This document shows, one piece after another, positions 6,485 to 13,515 of a stretch of DNA of 13,515 bases. Location: assembly GCA_041640455.1 (NCBI GenBank), contig JBEQAF010000059.1, positions 1-13,515 on the forward strand. The letters run 5' to 3'. How positions within the stretch are numbered: the first letter of the stretch is position 1; each line of letters opens with the position of its first letter. A program made the position numbers and the translations under genes. This DNA is from a bacterium (GTDB taxonomy: Bacteria; CALINM01). The notes beneath the pieces are model-generated. The model ran no database searches, was not told the origin of the DNA, and saw only the letters and a program-made list of their open reading frames with translations.

Positions 6485-9400
6485 ATGGCAGAAAAGACTT
6501 TAGAAGATTTTTTTAAAAAAGAAGAAGCCCGTTCTTTGTATTCAAAAAATCTGTCCCAGTTTGCCTATATCCTCTCCCGCCTAAGTGTAATAGGAAATCA
6601 GAATCTGCTTATTATCTGTGAGAACGAGAAGATACAGGAAGAGCTTGAAAATAATTTATCTTTTTTTCTAAATAAAGTGTATGCCTTCCCATCATTATCT
6701 ACCCTTGCTTACAGCAGATCAAACCCGCCTGCAGAAAATATTGCCCAACGGATAAGAACGCTTTTTGCATCCAGATCCAGAAAAGGAGTTTACATTGCCA
6801 CACTTAAGTCTTTAATTGAGCCTGTAATTCCGCCCGATGTGCTGGAAGAAAGCTACATATATCTGATTTCTGGTGAGGATTATCCATTTGATGAGCTCAG
6901 AAAGACCCTTCTAAAACTTGGATATCAAAAAGTTGAAAATGTTGAAATACCAGGCGAGTACTCGGTTAAGGGCGGTCTTGTGGATATATTCTCTCCCTAC
7001 TATGACCTGCCATTGAGAATAGAGTTTTTTGGAGATAATGTGGAGAGTATAAGATTTTTTGATCCATTAACTCAACGTTCTGTTAGCAAAGCTATGGAAG
7101 CCTATATTCTTCCTGCACGTGATTTTATTTATAAGGAGATTTATAAAAACAGTGCGCTGGATTTTGTTAAACTTTACGCTGATGAAAAGGGTATTGAAAA
7201 AAAGATAAGAGATGTTATTTCGGAAAAGATAAAGCAGGAAGTATATTTTGGTGGAATAGAGTATCTTCTGCCGCAGCTTTATGGGAAAAAAACCTTTCTT
7301 TTAGATTATCTTGAAAACTCTAAAATCGTGACATTTTATCTCGAAGATTATGATTCTATGGCTAAAAAGATTACACAACAGATTGGTGAAGCCTTTGAAG
7401 AGGCAGTTATGGAAGGATTTTTTGCAGTCAGCCCTGAGGATCTTTTTAACCTGAATGGGTTGCAACTTATTAAAGAAAAAACGGCTCTTAAGGTTACTGC
7501 TTTTAAAAACGAAGAAACATTTTACTTTGACCTGGATGATAACTCAGATCTGGTTAATAAAAGAGTTCTTGCTGAAAAGGAGAAAGAAAAACATCCTGTT
7601 CAGCTTCTGATTGATAACATTGCTGATTACAGAAGCAGTTTTAAAATAGTTATCATACTGCGTTCAATAACTCAAAAGGAGAAAATTAAGGAGCTTCTGA
7701 ACATCTATGATGTTAAAAATGTACTTGATATAAGCGATCTTAGGGAGCTTGATGGGCTGGAGTTGGGGACTATCGGGCTTATAAAGGGGAAGCTTTCCAA
7801 AGGCTTTAAAAGCTATTCGGAAAAGATCTGGTTCATTACAGAAGAAGAGATCTTTGGTTCAGGAGAGCCCAAAAAGGATAGAAAACAAAAGGTTTTATCA
7901 TCCTATATATCTTCAATATATGAACTTAAGGAAGGTGATCTGGCAGTTCATGTTGACTATGGCATAGGTGTTTTCAGGGGATTAAAGCAGGTGGAGGTGC
8001 TGGGCAAAACAGGAGAATTTATTGAGCTTGAATATGCGGAAGAGGGGAAGCTATTTATACCTGTTGACAAGATTAATCTCATCCAGAAATATATAGCTTC
8101 CGAAGATTATGTGGCAAAGATTGACAGACTGGGTGATAAAAAGTGGCAGGCAAAAAAATCAAAGGCAAAGCAGGATTTAAGAAAATGGGCAGAAGAGATA
8201 ATAAGGCTGGAGGCTATCAGAAAAAGTCACCAGGGATATGCATTCAAAATTAATAAACTGAATTTTGAAGAGTTTTCCGCCTCCTTTGAATATGAGGAGA
8301 CGGAGGATCAGAAAAGAGCTATAGATGAAGTGCTGGAGGACATGGCTTCAGAAAAGCCAATGGATAGAATAATCTGTGGAGATGTGGGGTTTGGAAAGAC
8401 TGAAGTGGCAATCAGAGCTGCATTTGTGGCTATAGATAATGGTAAGCAGGTTGCACTTATAGCGCCTACTACCATACTGGCAGAACAGCATTATCAGGTG
8501 TTCAGAAACAGATTTGAGCCCATCAAGTGTAGTGTGGGAAGATTAAGCAGATTTGTTGATGAAAAGGAGCAGAAAGTTACGCTGGAAAAGCTGAAAAACG
8601 GTGAAATTGATCTAATTATTGGAACTCACAGACTTCTTTCAAAGGATGTAATATTTAAAGATCTGGGGCTTCTGATTATTGATGAGGAACACAAGTTTGG
8701 TGTAGCTCAGAAGGAGAAGCTCAAAAATTTCAGGACGACCATTGATGTGCTTACCCTAACAGCTACTCCCATACCGAGAACTTTGAATATGGCTCTCTCA
8801 AGCATAAGGGATATCAGCATAATCGCCTCGCCTCCAGAAGGTAGACTCGCCATAAAAACCTATGTAACCAGATTTTCTCCGGAGATTATAAAGGAGGCAT
8901 GCGAAAGAGAGATACAGAGAGGCGGGCAGGTATTTTTTGTTCATAACAGGATAAGCAGTATCTTTACCATAAAGGAATATCTAAGAAAGCTAATGCCTCA
9001 TTTTAGAATTGAGGTAGGACATGGGCGGATGGAGGAGGAACAGCTTAAAGATATTTTTGACCGATTTAAAAGAGGAGACTTTCAGATTCTGCTATCTACC
9101 GCCATAATAGAATCTGGTCTTGATCTACCCAATGTAAATACAATAATTGTTAACAGGGCAGATAAGTTTGGACTGGCTTACCTGTATCAGCTTCGAGGTA
9201 GGGTGGGCAGATCATCAAGAAGAGCCTTCGCCTACTTTCTTGTTCCTTCCTTTGAACTTATATCAAAGGATGCAATGAAACGGCTTCAAGCATTGCAGGA
9301 GCTGGAAGAACTGGGTTCTGGTTTCAGGCTTGCAGTGCATGATCTTGAGATAAGAGGAGCTGGTGAGCTGCTTGGAGTCAAACAATCTGGCAGGATAAAC

Positions 9401-9937
9401 GAGATAGGACTTGAGCTTTACATGCAACTACTTGATGAAGCCATAAGGGAACTAAGATATGAAAGCGGAGAAGAGATTAAACTTAAAAAGGTTGAAACAG
9501 AGATAAAACTACCACTGCCTGCATATATCCCTGAATCTTATATATCTTCAACGAGAGAGAGACTTGAATTTTATAAAAAGATTTTTGCAGTAAGCAATGC
9601 TCGGGAGCTTATAAATCTTGAAGAGGAGCTTAGAGACCGCTATGGTAAGATACCTCAGGAATTGAGAAACTTTATATATCAGAAGGAGCTTGAGATTGAG
9701 CTTTCCGCTCTGGGGGTTGAGAGTCTTAGCTATTCTAAGGATTACATAATTATTACCTTCGATGAACAGTATATACCACCTAAAGATGTATTAAACAGCT
9801 ATCTGAAGGTAGAAAGACAGGCAAGATTTGTTATGCCCAACAAGATTTACCTGTTTATGAGAGACAGAGAACCAGACCTTGAAAATCTTAAAAAGATTTT
9901 GCAACTATTTATTCAAAGTGTTAAGATAAAAAGATAA
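6485..9937 (+). CDS. mfd: Transcription-repair coupling factor
   Basis: 1150 aa. UvrB-homology segment (GEYSVKGGLVDIF, RIEFFGD, IRFFDPLTQRS), RNAP-interaction domain (GDLAVHVDYGIG), SF2 motifs GDVGFGKT, DEEH, TATPIPRT and QLRGRVGR, TRG motif HDLEIRGAGELLG, and C-terminal domain (AYIPESYI..ERLEFYK..DRYG). Confidence 0.98.
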   Translation: MAEKTLEDFFKKEEARSLYSKNLSQFAYILSRLSVIGNQNLLIICENEKIQEELENNLSFFLNKVYAFPSLSTLAYSRSNPPAENIAQRIRTLFASRSRKGVYIATLKSLIEPVIPPDVLEESYIYLISGEDYPFDELRKTLLKLGYQKVENVEIPGEYSVKGGLVDIFSPYYDLPLRIEFFGDNVESIRFFDPLTQRSVSKAMEAYILPARDFIYKEIYKNSALDFVKLYADEKGIEKKIRDVISEKIKQEVYFGGIEYLLPQLYGKKTFLLDYLENSKIVTFYLEDYDSMAKKITQQIGEAFEEAVMEGFFAVSPEDLFNLNGLQLIKEKTALKVTAFKNEETFYFDLDDNSDLVNKRVLAEKEKEKHPVQLLIDNIADYRSSFKIVIILRSITQKEKIKELLNIYDVKNVLDISDLRELDGLELGTIGLIKGKLSKGFKSYSEKIWFITEEEIFGSGEPKKDRKQKVLSSYISSIYELKEGDLAVHVDYGIGVFRGLKQVEVLGKTGEFIELEYAEEGKLFIPVDKINLIQKYIASEDYVAKIDRLGDKKWQAKKSKAKQDLRKWAEEIIRLEAIRKSHQGYAFKINKLNFEEFSASFEYEETEDQKRAIDEVLEDMASEKPMDRIICGDVGFGKTEVAIRAAFVAIDNGKQVALIAPTTILAEQHYQVFRNRFEPIKCSVGRLSRFVDEKEQKVTLEKLKNGEIDLIIGTHRLLSKDVIFKDLGLLIIDEEHKFGVAQKEKLKNFRTTIDVLTLTATPIPRTLNMALSSIRDISIIASPPEGRLAIKTYVTRFSPEIIKEACEREIQRGGQVFFVHNRISSIFTIKEYLRKLMPHFRIEVGHGRMEEEQLKDIFDRFKRGDFQILLSTAIIESGLDLPNVNTIIVNRADKFGLAYLYQLRGRVGRSSRRAFAYFLVPSFELISKDAMKRLQALQELEELGSGFRLAVHDLEIRGAGELLGVKQSGRINEIGLELYMQLLDEAIRELRYESGEEIKLKKVETEIKLPLPAYIPESYISSTRERLEFYKKIFAVSNARELINLEEELRDRYGKIPQELRNFIYQKELEIELSALGVESLSYSKDYIIITFDEQYIPPKDVLNSYLKVERQARFVMPNKIYLFMRDREPDLENLKKILQLFIQSVKIKR

Positions 9938-9953
9938 AAATTGAGGGGGAGTG

Positions 9954-10850
9954 ATGAAAAATTTTAAGATTATTTTTTTAGTCCTTTTGCTCGTAGTTTT
10001 CGGCTGCAGCAAAAAAGCCACATCATCGGAGTCCAAAGAGGCATCAAAGGGGAAGGTCGTCATAGAGGTGGGAGATGTAAAAATCTATGATCAGGATATT
10101 AAGGAGGAGATGGAAAATCTACCCGAGCAGCTAAAACATATGGTTAGCACAAAGGATGGTAAAAAAGAGTTTCTGGAAAGTATTGTTAAAAGAGAGATAA
10201 TCTTTCTGGAAGCCAAAAAGGAAGGTTTGGAGTCTGATCCGAAGGTTGTAAAAGATCTTGAAAAAATTAAGAAAAGGCTCGTTATAGATGCATTTCTGAA
10301 GAAAAAGATTCTTAGCGATACCAAGGTTGATGAAAAGGAACTGAAAGCCTTTTACGAAAAGATGAAGAAAGAGTTAGCAGAGCCTGAAAAGACCCATTCA
10401 AAGCACATACTTGTTAAGGAGAAAAAGCTTGCCGACGAGATATATGAAAAGCTTAAAAAGGATCCCTCAAAGTTTGAAGATCTTGCCAGAGAATACTCAA
10501 TAGACTCGTCAGGTAAACAAGGCGGTGATATTGGCGCCCATGAAAAAGGAACTCTTGTGCCCGAATATGAGGGGGCGCTTGAAAAGCTTAAAAAACCAGG
10601 AGATATTAGCCCGGTTACCAAAACACAGTTTGGATATCATATTATCAAGCTTGTAGGCAGGGAGGCAGGCAAGGTGCCTACCTTTGAAGAGGTAAAGGAA
10701 GAGCTTAAGGATGCATATATAAGGGAGAATCAGAAAAAGGTCTTTGATACCCTTCTGGAAGATCTGAAAAAGAAATATTCCGTGAAGATCCATGACGAGC
10801 TATTTTCTGACAGCAAAGAGAATGACGGTTCTAAAGAACAAAAGAAATAG
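9954..10850 (+). CDS. Parvulin (PpiC)-type peptidyl-prolyl isomerase lipoprotein, PrsA/SurA-like foldase
   Basis: Lipobox VFG-C after a hydrophobic stretch and a helical chaperone domain. Parvulin motifs KHILV, FEDLAREYSID, GGDIG, GDISPVTKTQFGYHIIK. ATG 9954 follows GAGGGGG; GTG 9951 is an alternative start. Confidence 0.9.
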   Translation: MKNFKIIFLVLLLVVFGCSKKATSSESKEASKGKVVIEVGDVKIYDQDIKEEMENLPEQLKHMVSTKDGKKEFLESIVKREIIFLEAKKEGLESDPKVVKDLEKIKKRLVIDAFLKKKILSDTKVDEKELKAFYEKMKKELAEPEKTHSKHILVKEKKLADEIYEKLKKDPSKFEDLAREYSIDSSGKQGGDIGAHEKGTLVPEYEGALEKLKKPGDISPVTKTQFGYHIIKLVGREAGKVPTFEEVKEELKDAYIRENQKKVFDTLLEDLKKKYSVKIHDELFSDSKENDGSKEQKK

Positions 10851-11691
10851 CCTCTGTATAATTCTTTTATTCCTCTTCCTTTTTGGCTGTAATGTTAGAA
10901 AGGAAGAGGAACCACTGATAATCATAGGCGAGGATAAGCTTGGCATCACAAGGCTTAAAAAGGATTTTGAAGATTACAAATCGGTATATAATGACAAAAA
11001 CAACCCTAATCTGCTTGCGGCATTTATATCAAATCTTATTGAAAAGGAGATACTAAAAAAGGAGGCAAAAAAGCTCCAGATTGAAATTAAAAAGGAAGAG
11101 CTGGATAGGTTTGTTACATCTAATAACCTTTCAGAAAAGCAGGCAGGTATTGCAGAGCTGGTAATTTTAAGAGAAAAGGTAGCCTCTCAAATATCAAAGG
11201 ATGCCAGAATTGATGAAGCAGTTCTGACAGAAAAGATAAAAGAAATCCCCACTGTTGAGCCTGAAAAAATTATATTTTATCAGATTCTGGTAAACAGAGA
11301 AGAGCTGGCTTACAATGCCCTTAAAGAGATAAAACAGGGAGCCGCTTTTGAGGAGGTTGCAAAAAAATATTCCATATCTCCAGAAGGGCAGAGAGGTGGA
11401 CTGATAGATTATCTAAATGCCGATGAGCTACCTGATCAGCTAACAAAGGTACTTCGGGGATTAAAAGAAGGTGAGATTTCAGGGGTTATAAAATCTCCGC
11501 TCGGATTTCATATATTAAAACTGAAAGAGATTATCAAGATTAAGAAGCTTACCGATGAGGAGAGAAAGCTGATGGCAGAAAGGGAGTTAAAAAAGGAGCT
11601 GGCAGGCAGTCTTTATGCAGATTGGTTTGCCAAAAAAAGAAAAGAGTACGGAGTTAAGGTGGAATGGGAAAAAATAAAAGATCTGCAATAA
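10822..11691 (+). CDS. Second parvulin-type/SurA-like foldase lipoprotein
   Basis: Lipobox LFG-C. Motifs QILV, FEEVAKKYSIS, GGLI and GEISGVIKSPLGFHILK. ATG 10822 gives a normal-length signal peptide; the ORF track start at 10792 is the alternative. Confidence 0.85.
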   Translation: MTVLKNKRNSLCIILLFLFLFGCNVRKEEEPLIIIGEDKLGITRLKKDFEDYKSVYNDKNNPNLLAAFISNLIEKEILKKEAKKLQIEIKKEELDRFVTSNNLSEKQAGIAELVILREKVASQISKDARIDEAVLTEKIKEIPTVEPEKIIFYQILVNREELAYNALKEIKQGAAFEEVAKKYSISPEGQRGGLIDYLNADELPDQLTKVLRGLKEGEISGVIKSPLGFHILKLKEIIKIKKLTDEERKLMAERELKKELAGSLYADWFAKKRKEYGVKVEWEKIKDLQ

Positions 11692-12590
11692 TCACACTCA
11701 TATTACTTTTTCTGTCAATTGTAAACGTTATTCATGCTCAGATCATCGACAGAATAGTTGCTCTGTCGGGAGAGGATCTGATTCTGCTCAGTAATCTTAA
11801 AAAAGCCCTGATGGTAAAAAATATTGAAGATCTTAAGAAGATTCCGAGAGAGAAACAGGAGGCAGCTCTTGATGAATTAATAGAGAGAAGTCTATTATCT
11901 CAGAAGGCAAAAAAACTCGGGATCACTGTTCTGGAAAAGGAGATTGATGAAGAGATTGAAAATGTTAAAGCTATTAATAATATAACTACCGAGATACTGG
12001 AGGAGGCTCTTAAAAAAGAAGGTGTATCACTTCAAGATTACAGAAATATTATCAGGCATCAGATTGTTAAGGCAAAGATCATAAGCAGAGAGATTAGGCC
12101 TAATCTTTACGTGACCGATGAAATTCTTAAAAGATATTATGAAAAGGATATTGTGGATGAAAGTCAGAAATTAGTTGATTTTGAAGTGCTGACCATCTAC
12201 AGGGAGAGGGTTGAAGATCTGGAAGACAGTGTTAAGGATTTTTATAATCTGGCAAAAAAGGGCAGGACTCTTAAGGAGATAGAGGAACAGGCAAAATCAA
12301 AGTTTAAAACCCTCTATTCGGTTGTTAATGGGGTAAAATTTTCTGAGCTTGCTCCAGAGCTAAAAAAAGCCATGTCAGATATGCAGGAGAATCAGCTGGG
12401 ACCTCTGGTTGGATTTTCGGAGGGATTTCAGATTTTTATATTAAGAAAAATAAACTACAAGGGGTTAAAACCCTTTGAAGAGGTAAAGGAAGAGCTGAAA
12501 AAGACCTATACAAAAGATCGACTTAACAAGCTCTATGCAGACTATCTGGCTGAGCTTAAAAAGGAGTTTTATGTGGAAAAAAGGCTCTGA
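11664..12590 (+). CDS. surA: SurA-family periplasmic chaperone with degenerate parvulin domain
   Basis: Signal peptide ending IHA-Q, followed by the SurA N-terminal motif IIDRIVA, then LDELIERSLLSQKAKKLGITV..EID. The C-terminus reads YLAELKKEFYVE, and the gene sits immediately upstream of pdxA as canonical surA does. Confidence 0.8.
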   Translation: MGKNKRSAIITLILLFLSIVNVIHAQIIDRIVALSGEDLILLSNLKKALMVKNIEDLKKIPREKQEAALDELIERSLLSQKAKKLGITVLEKEIDEEIENVKAINNITTEILEEALKKEGVSLQDYRNIIRHQIVKAKIISREIRPNLYVTDEILKRYYEKDIVDESQKLVDFEVLTIYRERVEDLEDSVKDFYNLAKKGRTLKEIEEQAKSKFKTLYSVVNGVKFSELAPELKKAMSDMQENQLGPLVGFSEGFQIFILRKINYKGLKPFEEVKEELKKTYTKDRLNKLYADYLAELKKEFYVEKRL

Positions 12591-13515
12591 TAGGCTTGTA
12601 ATTATTACGGGTGGAGAGCCTGCAGGTATTGGCTCTGAGATTATTGTAAAAACCCTACATAGACTTTATACATCAGCAAAGATTATTGTTATTGGTGAAA
12701 AAAAAGCCTTTGATCCCTTTACAGACAGAATAAATCTCATAGAAACTTTAGATAAGTACAAACAGGGGCACATAAATCTTATAAATACAGGTTTGTGTAA
12801 AAAGATAAGGTTTGGAAAACCAACGGAGGAGAGCTCGCTGGCAGCCATTAAAGCCCTTGATATTGCTATCTCCTATGCAAAAAAATTCAAAAAAGTGGCG
12901 ATTGTAACTGCACCCATATACAAGGCAGGTATTATGAGCATTAATGGCTATAAAAATTTTACAGGCCATACGGAATATCTGGCTGAAGCCTTTAAATCAG
13001 ATGCGCTTATGATGTTTTATGGAAAAAAGTTAAAAGTAGCTACTCTAACCACTCATATTCCGCTGAGGCAGGTTCCAGACTCCATAAATGTTGAAGATAT
13101 TGAGAAAAAGGTTATTTTAGCCCATAGCTCATTAAAAAAATTTTTTAAGATTTCATATCCAAAAATTGCACTGCTTTCATTGAACCCCCACGCAGGAGAG
13201 AACGGAAAAATTGGTGATGAAGAGACAAAGATAATTACCCCTGCTTTAGAAAGAATAAGAAAAAAAAAGATAAAGGTTTTCGGTCCATTGCCGGCAGATT
13301 CGGTCTTTCATAGGGCTTTAAAGGGGGCATTTGACCTTATTATAGGCATCTATCACGATCAGGTGCTGGGATTTTTTAAGGCTCTTTATTTTGATAGCGG
13401 TGTAAATGTTACGCTGGGACTCCCGATTATAAGAACATCACCGGATCATGGAACTGCCTTTGATATTGCAGGTAAGGGGATAGCAAAGGAAAAAAGCTTT
13501 GAAAAGGCACTTACT
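12571..13515 (+). CDS. pdxA: 4-hydroxythreonine-4-phosphate dehydrogenase (3'-truncated by window edge)
   Basis: Not in the ORF track; translated by hand from ATG 12571 (SD AAGGAG 12561-12566). Motifs ITGGEPAGIGSE, VTAPIYK, GHTEYLA, TTHIPL, LNPHAGE, GPLPADSVF, YHDQ and VNVTLGLPIIRTSPDHGTAFDIAGKG. The frame is open to the window end. Confidence 0.96.
   Translation, partial: MWKKGSDRLVIITGGEPAGIGSEIIVKTLHRLYTSAKIIVIGEKKAFDPFTDRINLIETLDKYKQGHINLINTGLCKKIRFGKPTEESSLAAIKALDIAISYAKKFKKVAIVTAPIYKAGIMSINGYKNFTGHTEYLAEAFKSDALMMFYGKKLKVATLTTHIPLRQVPDSINVEDIEKKVILAHSSLKKFFKISYPKIALLSLNPHAGENGKIGDEETKIITPALERIRKKKIKVFGPLPADSVFHRALKGAFDLIIGIYHDQVLGFFKALYFDSGVNVTLGLPIIRTSPDHGTAFDIAGKGIAKEKSFEKALT

Noticed and set aside
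9171..9212. Mfd motif VI region reads GLAYLYQLRGRVGR rather than the common GLAQL
   Set aside because: The core QLRGRVGR and all other motifs are intact. One substitution at a flanking position does not support altered function.
634..12969. All minus-strand ORFs in the track (60-121 aa)
   Set aside because: Each lies antisense to a well-supported + strand gene. None has a recognisable motif, and their Ser/Phe/Leu-rich composition is what the reverse of Lys/Glu-rich coding DNA gives.
1..13515. CRISPR array, T-box or riboswitch, long tandem repeats
   Set aside because: Intergenic gaps are all short (the longest, around the tRNA, is fully accounted for). The liv leader is only about 30 nt, too short for a T-box or riboswitch.

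Overview
AT-rich, densely packed bacterial chromosomal segment with every credible gene on the + strand. Order: partial pgpA, stand-alone CinA/PncC, thpR (2H phosphoesterase), tRNA-Gly(CCC), a complete branched-chain amino acid (Liv-type) ABC transporter operon, a short bacterioferritin-like gene, an intrinsic terminator, mfd, three tandem parvulin/SurA-family foldases, and partial pdxA (absent from the ORF track because it runs off the window). Lipoprotein signal peptides and SurA point to a diderm. The Lys/Glu-rich proteins and gene order would fit a possibly thermophilic Desulfobacterota-like organism, but this is inference only. The window is mostly housekeeping. I see no mobile element, CRISPR array, defence system or convincing novel multi-gene system. 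The best leads are: (1) a bacterioferritin that keeps the diiron and heme-Met ligands but lacks the C-terminal E-helix; (2) a strong terminator whose U-tract abuts the mfd start codon, with the only SD-like sequence inside the hairpin; (3) three tandem foldases showing graded loss of parvulin catalytic residues; (4) a repeat-rich promoter between the tRNA and the liv operon.
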